A DNA stretch of 63,560 nt, the filler included, from Octopus bimaculoides (Eukaryota), in the NCBI RefSeq assembly GCF_001194135.2. It is 10 parts of 10 records of this genome, joined end to end, with 100 filler letters (N's around TTAATTAATTAA, not from the genome) between each part and the next. Parts side by side here need not be neighbours in the genome. Positions count along the whole stretch, not along the records: positions 1 to 9,577 come from NC_068981.1; positions 9,678 to 20,618 come from NC_068983.1; 8 more parts are not named here. One strand, given 5' to 3'. Made by a program: the position numbers and the translations under genes. Shown in pieces: positions 1-11,254 of this stretch (the first letter of the stretch is position 1; each line of letters begins with the position of its first letter). The notes under the pieces were generated by a model that saw nothing but the letters and a program-made list of their open reading frames with translations, did not search any database and was not told where the DNA came from.

Positions 1-4
1 ATAT

Positions 5-160
5 ATACGACGGGCTTCTTTCAGTTTCCGTCTACCAAATCCACTCACAAGGCATTGGTCGGCCCGAGGCTATAGTAGAAGACACTTGCCCAAGGTGCCA
101 CGCAGTGGGACTGAACCCAGAACCATGTGATTGGTAGGCAAGCTACTTACCACACAGCCA
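5..160 (-). mobile_element. tRNA-derived SINE, family A (head + body)
   Basis: Reverse complement reads TGGCTGTGTGGTAAG (A box)...GGGTTCAGTCCCAC (B-box-like)...TTGGGCAAGTGTCTTCTACTATAG...GGAAACTGAAAGAAGCC; more than ten diverged copies elsewhere in the window. Confidence 0.85.
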
Positions 161-536
161 TATATATATATATATATATATATATTTGAAATGTTGCATT
201 TCTAAATCTCTCAGAGGACTTATATAGTAGCAGCTCAATAAAGTGATGGTTGGTTGCCAACGTAATGTGGAAATCCCACGAAAGGGAAGATTACTACTGC
301 TATTCAGTTGGCTACGTGACACAAGCGTTCTGTGTCCATAAGTTTTTAAACAGGGATGATAAGCACCTTCACCCAGCAAAGCCAGCATCCAGAGACTAGT
401 TTCAGAGTTTAAATCTATCTGAGAGATTTAAAAACACAATATTTCTAATTTTGTTGATCAGTGAATTTATTTCACTTGAAATTCTATAAGTTTTCAAAGG
501 TGAATAAGCATCGACGGCTAGCAAGCCAAACTAATC

Positions 537-575
537 CAGACTGATGAAGTACAATAACCCTGAAACTAGTCTCTG
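537..575 (+). ncRNA. Minimal type-I hammerhead ribozyme-like motif
   Basis: CAGA-CTGATGA-ag(tacaataacc)ct-GAAAC-ta-GTC-TCTG. Stem I CAGA/TCTG, canonical core, GUC triplet, palindromic stem III (ACTAGT); stem II only 2 bp. Confidence 0.7.
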
Positions 576-576
576 C

Positions 577-756
577 ATGTGCATTATTTACAATATTTAC
601 ATTATTTACATTCAACAGATATTTGTCCTCATCTTGTTTGTTGTTAACACAACGTATCGGCTATTATACCCTCCTGCCTTCTTCATGTGTCTTGGGGAAA
701 TTTCGAACCTGGGTTCTCATTGCAAAGGTATTTTTCGGTGCTATTATTATTATTGA
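577..756 (-). mobile_element. 3' half of tRNA-headed SINE carrying a degenerate hammerhead (647-690)
   Basis: Minus strand ACAC-ATGAAGA-AGGC...GCC-GATAC-GTT-GTGT followed by a (TGTAAATAA)n tail; inverted homolog of 1500-1625. Confidence 0.7.
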
Positions 757-1311
757 GTGAGAGAGCAGTGCATACCATCAAAGTGACACTGGGGTAAAAT
801 ATACGAAGCCCATTATACCCATCATGATTACCCGTCTGATAAGGGTACACCAGGCACATGCATCACAACCATATGTGTGCGACATGATGATCTCATATCA
901 AGATAAATAGCGCATGACCTCGCAGGTGGGGCCCAGTTAGAATTTTCTTCAGGTCGAGTAGCCCATCCCGTTCAAAAGGTCCATGAATAAGGTTTGTTTA
1001 AGGATGTTGAGCAAAACACCCATGTTTCCAAAGGTGAATTATTCAAACCCCAGATTTCCTCTCAACACATGGCTATGATGCTCCCCCACTACTTCTGCTC
1101 ATGATCAGAGATGCACATATCGTCAGCTACCAAGGGACATGCTCAACTGGTTAAGGTCAAACAACTGACAAGTAAATCTGTGGTATTGAGCAGAATATTT
1201 GCTGTAGCCCATCTTTTTATACTAAGACAAAACAATGTACATGATAACACTTCTAATAAGTTAAGATCAGAAACCATGAGAGCCACTGCCTGGTACTGCA
1301 TCCGGGCATTT
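757..1311 (+). mobile_element. Unclassified interspersed repeat with (ATT)n tail
   Basis: Homologous to 46096-46548 (5'-truncated copy); both end GGTACTGCATC(A/C)GGG...(ATT)n. Confidence 0.75.
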
Positions 1312-1397
1312 ATTATTATTATCATTATTATTGTTGTTGTTGTTGTCGTTGGTGTTGTTGTTCAGGTCACTTCTTGGAATCAAACTCGGAATCTTGG

Positions 1398-1652
1398 GGT
1401 TAAGAGCGCGGGCTACTAACCCTAAGATTCCAAGTTCGATTCTAAGCAGTGACCTGAACAACAACAACAACAACAACAACAATAATAATAATAATAATAA
1501 ATGAGAACCCAGGTTCGAAATTTCGCCAAGAAGGTTGGAGAGTGTATCAGTCGAAACGTTGTGCTAACAACAAACAAGATGAGGATAAATATCCGTTGAA
1601 TGTAAATAATGTAAATAATGCACATAATACCTCTTAAAGATAGAAGTGTAGT
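1398..1652 (+). mobile_element. tRNA-headed SINE with hammerhead relic and PLE-like tail
   Basis: GGTTAAGAGCGCGGGCTACTAAC...GTTCGATTC tRNA-like head, (AAC/AAT)n, then GGTTG...CAGTC-GAAACGTT-GTG (CUGANGA core deleted) and TGTAAATAA tail. Confidence 0.7.
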
Positions 1653-1816
1653 CTCTGGGTGGATGTGCTTATCTGTCCTGTTTAAAAACTTAAGGACACA
1701 GAACGCTTGTATCACGTAGCCAACACGAAACGCTGTAACGATGTTTCCTCAGGCTAAATAGCCAACAAAACGATGTTTCCTGGTACTGCCACATTAAGTT
1801 GGCAACAAACCCTCAC

Positions 1817-1868
<52 letters not shown>

Positions 1869-1879
1869 TGTGTGTGTAT

Positions 1880-2070
1880 TTGTGTTTGTTTCCCACCATC
1901 GCTTCACAGCCGATGTTGGTGTGTTTATGTCCCCGTAACTTAGCGATTTTCAAAAGACACCGATAGAAACTAAACTAGGCTTGCAACGAATATGTCCTGG
2001 GGCCGATTTGTTCGACTAAAGGCGGTGCTCCAGCATGGCCTAATTGGAATGACAGAAACAAATAAAAAAA
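1880..2070 (+). mobile_element. SINE 3' module after (GT)n
   Basis: CCCACCATCGCTT...GTCCCCGTAACTTAGCG...CGACTAAAGGCGGTGCTCCAGCATGGCC; about ten copies in the window. Confidence 0.75.
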
Positions 2071-2149
2071 TGAGTGGAAACTTTATTGGTGAGTGTGTTA
2101 AATAATAAGGCACTAAAAGAGAATGACTCTCCCTAGACACAGTCATACC

Positions 2150-2189
2150 GGCCATGACGAAGGGAAATAGCCCTGAAACTCGAGTCGCC
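2150..2189 (+). ncRNA. Minimal type-I hammerhead ribozyme-like motif
   Basis: GGC-C(A)TGACGA-AGGG-aaatag-CCCT-GAAAC-tcga-GTC-GCC. 4-bp stem II, palindromic stem III (ACTCGAGT), one extra base in the core. Confidence 0.65.
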
Positions 2190-3123
2190 TTTATATATAT
2201 ATATTTATATTTATATATTTATATATTTGATCCTTTATATTGAACACTCAATATTTCATCTACATTCAATACTTTCTTTCATGGTGCCATCCATTTTTAT
2301 TTTATTTTATTTTATTTTATATTGTATATTGTATATCATATTATATATTGTATATTCCATATTCTATACCCCACATTAGTTCTGCAGGAATATAAATAAA
2401 ACATAAAAAACAGACAGTGTTGGAACTCTTTTANNNNNNNNNNNNNNNNNNNNNNNNNNNNNNNNNNNNNNNNNNNNNNNNNNNNNNNNNNNNNNNNNNN
2501 NNNNNNNNNNNNNNNNNNNNNNNNNNNNNNNNNNNNNNNNNNNNNNNNNNNNNNNNNNNNNNNNNNNNNNNNNNNNNNNNNNNNNNNNNNNNNNNNNNNN
2601 NNNNNNNNNNNNNNNNNNNNNNNNNNNNNNNNNNNNNNNNNNNNNNNNNNNNNNNNNNNNNNNNNNNNNNNNNNNNNNNNNNNNNNNNNNNNNNNNNNNN
2701 NNNNNNNNNNNNNNNNNNNNNNNNNNNNNNNNNNNNNNNNNNNNNNNNNNNNNNNNNNNNNNNNNNNNNNNNNNNNNNNNNNNNNNNNNNNNNNNNNNNN
2801 NNNNNNNNNNNNNNNNNNNNNNNNNNNNNNNNNNNNNNNNNNNNNNNNNNNNNNNNNNNNNNNNNNNNNNNNNNNNNNNNNNNNNNNNNNNNNNNNNNNN
2901 NNNNNNNNNNNNNNNNNNNNNNNNNNNNNNNNNNNNNNNNNNNNNNNNNNNNNNNNNNNNNNNNNNNNNNNNNNNNNNNNNNNNNNNNNNNNNNNNNNNN
3001 NNNNNNNNNNNNNNNNNNNNNNNNNNNNNNNNNNNNNNNNNNNNNNNNNNNNNNNNNNNNNNNNNNNNNNNNNNNNNNNNNNNNNNNNNNNNNNNNNNNN
3101 NNNNNNNNNNNNNNNNNNNNNNN

Positions 3124-3197
<74 letters not shown>

Positions 3198-5591
3198 GGT
3201 GGGTACCAGTGTAAATATACGCACGTCCTTCGCTATGAGTATGCGCAAGTCAAAATAGGTATGTTTGCACACTTGTCTACGAGTATGTATGTGGGCATGT
3301 ATATATTTCTACATTTGCGAGAGGGTGTATATATATGTATACATGTGTATACGTATGTATATGCATGTATATATAGATGCCTAAATGTATGTATGCATAT
3401 ATGCGTGTGTACGTGAATGTATGTGTATCTATGTACATGTGAATGTATCTGTGTGTGTATGTAGAAATATATACATAAATCTGTTTGTGTGTGGGAAGGT
3501 ATATGTGCATGTGTGTTTGTATCCGAGTGCATGTATATGTATGAATATGTGAGCGTATTTGTGTGTGTATACAGGCATAGCTACATAGATTTATTTGTGT
3601 CTGAGAGAGTATGTGTGAGTCTTTGTGTGTGTATGTGTGTACGTATCCGACTACTGAATACCGAAAGTCAGCTAATAGAATTCGCATGTGCAGCCAACCA
3701 TGAAGANNNNNNNNNNNNNNNNNNNNNNNNNNNNNNNNNNNNNNNNNNNNNNNNNNNNNNNNNNNNNNNNNNNNNNNNNNNNNNNNNNNNNNNNNNNNNN
3801 NNNNNNNNNNNNNNNNNNNNNNNNNNNNNNNNNNNNNNNNNNNNNNNNNNNNNNNNNNNNNNNNNNNNNNNNNNNNNNNNNNNNNNNNNNNNNNNNNNNN
3901 NNNNNNNNNNNNNNNNNNNNNNNNNNNNNNNNNNNNNNNNNNNNNNNNNNNNNNNNNNNNNNNNNNNNNNNNNNNNNNNNNNNNNNNNNNNNNNNNNNNN
4001 NNNNNNNNNNNNNNNNNNNNNNNNNNNNNNNNNNNNNNNNNNNNNNNNNNNNNNNNNNNNNNNNNNNNNNNNNNNNNNNNNNNNNNNNNNNNNNNNNNNN
4101 NNNNNNNNNNNNNNNNNNNNNNNNNNNNNNNNNNNNNNNNNNNNNNNNNNNNNNNNNNNNNNNNNNNNNNNNNNNNNNNNNNNNNNNNNNNNNNNNNNNN
4201 NNNNNNNNNNNNNNNNNNNNNNNNNNNNNNNNNNNNNNNNNNNNNNNNNNNNNNNNNNNNNNNNNNNNNNNNNNNNNNNNNNNNNNNNNNNNNNNNNNNN
4301 NNNNNNNNNNNNNNNNNNNNNNNNNNNNNNNNNNNNNNNNNNNNNNNNNNNNNNNNNNNNNNNNNNNNNNNNNNNNNNNNNNNNNNNNNNNNNNNNNNNN
4401 NNNNNNNNNNNNNNNNNNNNNNNNNNNNNNNNNNNNNNNNNNNNNNNNNNNNNNNNNNNNCCCCAAAAATTAGGGAATGGACTAGATAAAATCTAGGCTG
4501 AAATGAAAATGAAAGAAGAGGTGGCATTCCTGCTGTAGTCCTAGATGTAAATATCTAAGAAATATGACTGAAACAGCTAGGTCAATTAACTAACAATATT
4601 TTTCTGATATGTGTTGTATTAGTTGTGAGCAAATTTTAATATTCGGAACAATATCTTTAAGGGAACATTGACAACACAGTACCGACGATTGAATATAAAT
4701 TATCAGGATATCACTTATACGGGAGGGAAAAGAAGCAGTAGTTATTTGTTATTGAAAACTAAGCAATTCATTCATATATACAGAGTTTCGTCAATGACAA
4801 ACTTGCTAATACTAATTAATGTTTAACTCGCCTCCAATTGTAGTTGTAAGAATGTTTTTAAGAATACTGTCCCCAAGGAATTAGAAACAAAGTCGTGTAA
4901 AGACGTAATAATAAGTTAACTTGCTTCAAAATGGAACATATCATAGAAAGAATTAAGAAGAAAGAACAATTAGTGTCCATCTTGTAGCTGATGACAGAAT
5001 GAAATATCTACTCAGGGCGAAAATCTACGGCTGTCAACCATAATGGCGTGTCCAATTTGTCAGGATATAAGTTTTATTCATTCATTTTCCTCGTATTATG
5101 AAAACTGCATAATTACATTCGCCAATTTGCAAAAACCACAAACACATAGTCGCCTATTTTTTGGGTTTGTTATTTTAATATTTAATAATGAAAAGCCTGT
5201 AAACATATCTATATTGTGTTTAGGTAATGCGTGTGAACATACAGACACACTTATACAAACGTGCTAGTACATATGAATATATAATATATATGCATACGTA
5301 CATAATCACATACATACGCACACGTACATACATGCATACATACATATACACTTACGTACATAGTTACACACACATACATATATGCATACATGCGTACGTA
5401 CATACATACATACATACATACTACATACATACATACATGTACATGAATCACATACATAGATAAATACAACCATACCAAATTTCTTAATATCTTAAAGAAC
5501 GTTGAGATATCTCTGTTGCAAAGTTATGCAATATTACCAGCTTGTTATAATGAACTGCGTGCATATATACAGAGATATGTTTCTATGAGGG

Positions 5592-5657
<66 letters not shown>

Positions 5658-5670
5658 ACCTCTATATATT

Positions 5671-6639
5671 CTATATTAACTATTACAGGTATTTAAAAAT
5701 TCATATTTCCTCCATCTGCCCTGGTCTATATTATCTCTTTCTAACGATAGACTTCTTTAGCTTTGTTAGTGCTTTTGTTCACCGATATAATTTGTTTAAG
5801 TACACATGTAGAAACGCGAAAATTGAAGTCTAAGGCTACAACATCTTGAATATGAATTAAATTCGAAAATTGCTTTATTTTTCATTTACATATTCTATTA
5901 ATGCAAAATGGACCGGGAACAAACGCTTTAGTCGTTCGATCGACTGAATTACCTGGCTCATTGAAATACCATGTAAGTGGCCGAGTATACCACAGATTGA
6001 ATCGGCGTGACACTGCCCTTGATTCCACGCATTGGCTCGAACTTAGGCCCTCTCAATTTTAAGAGAAACTTTTTTTAATATTCAGGCATACTGCGTTACT
6101 ACATTTCCACAATAATAATTTCAATTTTACAACCAAAAACGCTCGGTCGATTTATACACCAAAATGAAATTGGAGGACCACATACTATGTGAAATATAGC
6201 AAGATTTGGAAAGATAGTGACGATATTTAAATGTTTATACTAGTTGTTTACATTACATACATTGAATTGTGATTATTTCTAGGTCATGCGTTGGTCGCAT
6301 CTTCTAGCTATTAAATATTTCTTAATTGAAACGGATCTCTTGGTTAATGCCGAGCTCTGAGAAAAACAAACTATATTAAGAAACGTTTGATCTCGGTCCA
6401 TTTTGCATTAATAGAATATGTAGATGAAAAATAAAGCAATTTTCGAATTTAATTCATATTCAAGATGTTCTAGCCTTAGACTACAATTTTTTGCGTTTCT
6501 ACATGTGTATTTAAACAACTTATATCGGTGCACAAAAGCACTAACAAGGCTAAAGAAGTCTATCGTGAGAGTGAGATAATATAGACCAGGGCAGATGGAG
6601 GAAATATGCATTTTTAAATACCTGTAATGGTTAATATAG
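5671..6639. mobile_element. Foldback/MITE-like element with ~245-bp inverted arms
   Basis: 5671-5915 is the reverse complement of 6394-6639 at roughly 90% identity (by eye); 478-bp spacer. Confidence 0.75.
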
Positions 6640-7072
6640 GAGGAGGAAGATGAGGAGTAACATGGGACATATTTCCGTATATCAGTTTCGTAATTTGAAA
6701 ATAGTAAGCTGTTTTTATTTGTTCATATATGGAAATAGTAACCCATTTTATACACATGTTGAAAATTATGAGGTTAATGAATGTTACTTCGATTTTTGTA
6801 AAGCTGGGATACTTGCAGGGACTATTTACGCCATGGGAGTATTTTGAACCCAACACAACTCCACCAAAATATTATCGCTATTCCTGTATTACACTGAAGA
6901 ATGAATCGTTTTCTACATATAAGTTCAATATTTTATTAAATTTTGTTATTTTCCACTGTTGATGCATTTCGTTCCCTTCAAAATGTGTTCCGAGGCTTGT
7001 CCCTTTGTTTCCTACACTGTCAAATACATACCATTAATATACACACGCGCACACACACGCACACACACACAG

Positions 7073-7141
<69 letters not shown>

Positions 7142-7204
7142 CACACACAAACACGCACACACAAACACTCACACACTAACAGACACATACATAATATATG
7201 TATG

Positions 7205-7400
7205 AATGTATCTTTTATCCTTTACCTGATTCAATCATTGGACTGCGGCCATGTTGGGGCATCGCCTTGGAGGGTTTGATCGAACAAATTCAACTTAGTA
7301 CTAATTAGTCATCATACTAATTAAATACTTATTCTGTTAGTTTCTTATTACGGACCTCTAGGTTATGGGGACGTAGCAAAACTAACACAATGCGGGGAAC
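7205..7400 (-). mobile_element. SINE 3' module
   Basis: Reverse complement of the 1880-2070 module (CAGTC/GACTGCGGCCATG...GGGGACGTA). Confidence 0.65.
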
Positions 7401-7489
7401 AACACAAACACAAAGACAAGCACATACATACACATATGCATATACATACACACACATATATGTATATGTCGGGTTTCCGCACAGATTCT

Positions 7490-7730
7490 TATTTCTTCAT
7501 TGCCCACAAGGCGCCAAACATAGAGGGGACAAACAAGGACAAAGGGATTAAGTCGATTACATCGACCCCTGTGAGTAACTGGTACGTAATGTATCGACCC
7601 CGAAAGGATGAAAAGCAAAGTCGACCTCAGCGGAATTTGAACTCAGAACGTAACGGCAAACGAAATACCGCTAAGCATTTCGCCCAGCATGCTAACGTTT
7701 CTGGCAGCTCGCCGCATAGTTTCTGTCCGC
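7490..7730 (-). mobile_element. tRNA-derived SINE, family B (Meta-domain-like core)
   Basis: Minus strand GCGGCGAGCTG...GTTCTGAGTTCAAATTCCGC...GGTCGACTTTGCTTTTCATCCTTTCGGGGTCGA; copies at 33240-33410, 46662-46850, 57207-57420, 59110-59345. Meta-domain resemblance is from memory. Confidence 0.75.
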
Positions 7731-8039
7731 CATTTACATGGCGTTTCTTAAGATACCTTGCAGTGGGACTGAACGCGAAACCACATAGTTGCCACGCAAA
7801 TTTCTTCACCACACCGGCAGATTTTATTCCTTTTGCTGCACATACACGCCATCCATATTCTCTCCCTTCATAACATTTGTCTTCTTCAAACTTATGCTAT
7901 TAAAAATATATTTCTAAACTGAATCACACAGGATGAAAGCAAATACGCGCTAATAAAAGAAAGGTTGATGCTTTCCAAATCTCTGAATACATTGGATATG
8001 GGCAGCCTAATTTTAGATTCTCAAATTATTCTGTCTTTA

Positions 8040-8790
8040 TTATTTCAATAGATATTCGTCTTTGGATGAACCCGCAGTTCATCAAAGGAAGATATATTAC
8101 ATTTTTGTTTTTACTTGCAATGTATTTCCTTTCTAATTTAGAAGTAATCTTTCTTGCAATGATGTTCTTCCAGTTAGATATATATTTGTTAACAACTACT
8201 ACTATAATTCTTATGGCTACGCTTTCTTCTTATTCTGTGAATGTTGCTTAATTTGGAAGTATTTTCCTCATGCATATTATAATTTTATGTGCTTGCTATC
8301 TTTCACCTTTCTATGGATATATTTTAATTATTGTTTAGAATTTTTTGTTTTGTTTGCATAAATTTCATTATTAGTATCTTGTTTCAATTTTTGGGGTTCC
8401 AAATTAGGTTTCATTCCTTTTTTCTTTTTGTTTTTTTTTTTTCCTTTCATTTATTCGGTTCTTGCGTCTATAGTTATCATTTTCGTTACATAAGTTCCAT
8501 GCATTTTTGGCAAATTATTTGATTTCATATCCGGTTTCTAATGCAGATATTTTTTCAGTACTATCAGCATGTCTTATTAATATCATAGTTTTATTCATTC
8601 CGGAAATGTAATCAAGGAATATGCCTGTAATATTGATTTCTAACACAAACACAATACCTCATGTCGCAGTTTCGAGTAACGAAAATTTCTACTCCATATT
8701 ACAAACAGTAAATGCTTAAGTGATGTTAAAAGTTTTTGTGCGTTTTCGAACGGTTAACATGTTTTCACCCACTGGAATCAGTTTATTACA
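8040..8790 (-). pseudogene. Heavily degraded LINE (APE-RT) remnant
   Basis: Minus-strand fragments YGVEIFV (endonuclease GV.F.V-like), IHRKGER (P.HKKGD-like) and MNCGF (Q.GF-like), with many stops. Confidence 0.35.
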
Positions 8791-9337
8791 GTTATTCTGC
8801 ATATTCAGATCCAGGTCAGATTTGATAGGGAAGACATGATCATAGGTTTTCCATCTATGATTACCAGTTTCCTTCCGTTCATACAGTATCTAGTGTTATA
8901 TTTTACATCGTTTGTTTCATTGTTTTAAAGGTATGACTCGAGTGATATTTGACTGCTATTTCTAGCAACTTGAACGGCCACACAGAGGTTCAGTCAACAC
9001 TTGTGATGATTTAGAAATTAACATTTAAATAGCTTGCGTTATGTTCGTTGAACCCTTATTCATTACTGAGCCAAGAATTTGTATTTCTTGAATTAGTTGA
9101 AGGTGGTGATCCAGCATCGCCGGAGCTGACCACTTGCATGAGTACATTAGGTGAAGATTTGGGATGATTTGATCTTTCTTATCTTCGCATCTCAGAGCTT
9201 GAACCTTAATTTTGAGATATATTTATGTCTACGTTACAGTTGAAGGTGGTATTTCGTTTTCTGTTTTCCTTCTACACATATATGTGTAGCTACGCATGAA
9301 TGTGTATGTATATCTGCCTGTAAGTGTATAAATGTAT

Positions 9338-9525
9338 ACAGATCGCTGACCAACGCATTCAATTTTTTTTCTCCGTGTTTTTCTCCTTGTCTCCGTATTC
9401 TTTCTGTTGAAGAGCGTAGCTCGAAACGTTAAAGACTTTCCGTATTCCCGAGCGTCATACTAATACATCCTTTTGTTGTTTACACCACCTGTTCTCGTCT
9501 GTTGTTTTTTTCGTAAATTCTCCCA
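9338..9525 (+). mobile_element. Penelope-like element terminal repeat (pLTR) segment
   Basis: 9338-9390 recurs at 10255-10317 immediately after the PLE RT; contains a hammerhead-like motif. Confidence 0.7.
9399..9435 (+). ncRNA. Minimal type-I hammerhead-like motif in PLE pLTR
   Basis: TCTTT-CTGTTGA-a-GAGC-gta-GCTC-GAAAC-GTT-AAAGA. Stem I TCTTT/AAAGA, stem II GAGC/GCTC, palindromic AACGTT; core has U in place of A6. Confidence 0.65.
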
Positions 9526-9577
<52 letters not shown>

Positions 9578-9677
9578 NNNNNNNNNNNNNNNNNNNNNNN
9601 NNNNNNNNNNNNNNNNNNNNNTTAATTAATTAANNNNNNNNNNNNNNNNNNNNNNNNNNNNNNNNNNNNNNNNNNNN
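9578..9677. other. Artificial scaffold linker
   Basis: 44 N + TTAATTAATTAA (stops in six frames) + 44 N = 100 bp. Confidence 0.95.
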
Positions 9678-10230
9678 CCCTCCTGGTCCTTCTTTTCATC
9701 CTCGATATCCAGAGCCTCTATACGGTGATCCCTCACGACGAGGGGCTGCGTGCACTTACATATTTCCTCGACCTATGCCCCAACCCACAACCCGACACCT
9801 CCACACTCATTCGTCTGGCCGAACTTGTCCTCTCCCTTAACTGCTTCTCGTTCGCGGGTGACTTATACCAGCATGTTCTCGGGAGTGGCAATGGAAACGA
9901 GAATGGGCCCCAACTATACGAACTTGTTCGTTGGCTATGTTGGGGCCCAAATATTCTCAAGTTTCCCTAGTCCTACTCCCGAACTATACGGTCGTTATAT
10001 TGACGACTGTATCGGTGCCACCTCATTCTCCCGCGAACATTTTGACTCGTTCCTCTCTTTTGTTCAATCCTTCCATCCTGCCCTCCACTTCTCCTGCACT
10101 ATCTCTGACACCTCTGTCCCCTTTCTTGACATTTCGGTCAGCATCCATCACTCCACTCTTAGCACCTCCATCCACTACAAACACACAGACTCACACTCTC
10201 ATCTTAACTTTTCCTCCTCCCACTCTAAAC
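9678..10230 (+). pseudogene. Penelope-like element reverse transcriptase fragment (frameshifted)
   Basis: ILDIQSLYTVIPHDEGLRAL...LAELVLSLNCFSF...GVAMETRMGPNYTNLFVG...YGRYIDDC...FLDISV...IHYKHTDSHSHLNFSSSH: typical PLE RT motifs; one frameshift near 9875-9885. Confidence 0.9.
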
Positions 10231-10254
10231 AAAAAAAGAGAAAGAAAAGGCCAT

Positions 10255-10317
10255 GATAGATCGCTCAACACAACATTCAATTTTTTTTTCCGTGTTTTTC
10301 TCCTTCTTCTTCTCCTT
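10255..10317 (+). mobile_element. PLE pLTR start (runs into gap)
   Basis: ATAGATCGCT...CATTCAATTTTTTTTTCCGTGTTTTTCTCCTT is near-identical to 9338-9390. Confidence 0.6.
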
Positions 10318-10343
10318 NNNNNNNNNNNNNNNNNNNNNNNNNN

Positions 10344-10380
<37 letters not shown>

Positions 10381-11195
10381 TAAATAGGGGCTGTCAATCC
10401 AACCCACTAAGGGATAATATCTATCCCATATACTGCCGGAAGAATACCTAATTATTAATACACTAGTGTTTTTTCAATAAATGGGTGTAGATAAAAAGAT
10501 ATTTTACCATTTATTTATAGAGCAATAAGAAAATAGAGGAGAACAGATGGTATTCATCAACTTAACTAATGCGTATGTACCAAAGAACATGTATGTACAT
10601 AAATGTTTATGCATACACATGTGTATGTATGTGAGGGTGGATATATATATATATGTGTCCTCCTCATGTATAATAACAATAATAATTGATTCATTTGTGT
10701 GCATGTATGGACATTTGTGTATGTACATTTAAATGTACATATATGTATTTATGTACTTATGCTTATTTATGTATATCTATGTATACGTTAATGTATGCAT
10801 ATATATATGTGGGTTTTTACGGTTTTTATATTTTATATTTGGATATTTTTAACCTGACCTTATGAACATTATCAAATCTCTAAAGAGGCCTAGAGAATCA
10901 TCCATGTACCTCTATTTCATCTATTTCATCCATTAATTACTTCAGCCTACTGGACTTATATAGATAGAATGGGGCATGTCACACTAGATTGAAACAGCTG
11001 TAAGTCATTATCTCATTTTCTGTCGCTATATATCATTTTTTTTTAATTACTGATATGACATAGTATATCGCACGTGTTTGTATATTGTTATTATTGTCCT
11101 TTTAGTAAACAAATAAACAAGTAAATTGACAAAATACAATATTTCAAAGTTGATGAATATCACCTATTCCCCTCCATTTTGTTATTGCTATATAA

Positions 11196-11254
<59 letters not shown>

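Larger units (their letters stand above)
307..1724. repeat. Large imperfect fold-back (inverted duplication) with two insertions in the left arm
   Basis: 307-372 matches the reverse complement of 1657-1724; 577-720 matches 1500-1625; 1353-1402 matches 1417-1465. Centre near 1403-1416. Confidence 0.85.

Noticed and set aside
4984-5012. CTGATGA...GAAATATC as another hammerhead
   Set aside because: No stem II and stem I does not pair in register; compatible with chance.
9622-9633. TTAATTAATTAA as a biological motif (PacI site or homeodomain site)
   Set aside because: Always centred in exactly 44+44 N; an assembly linker.
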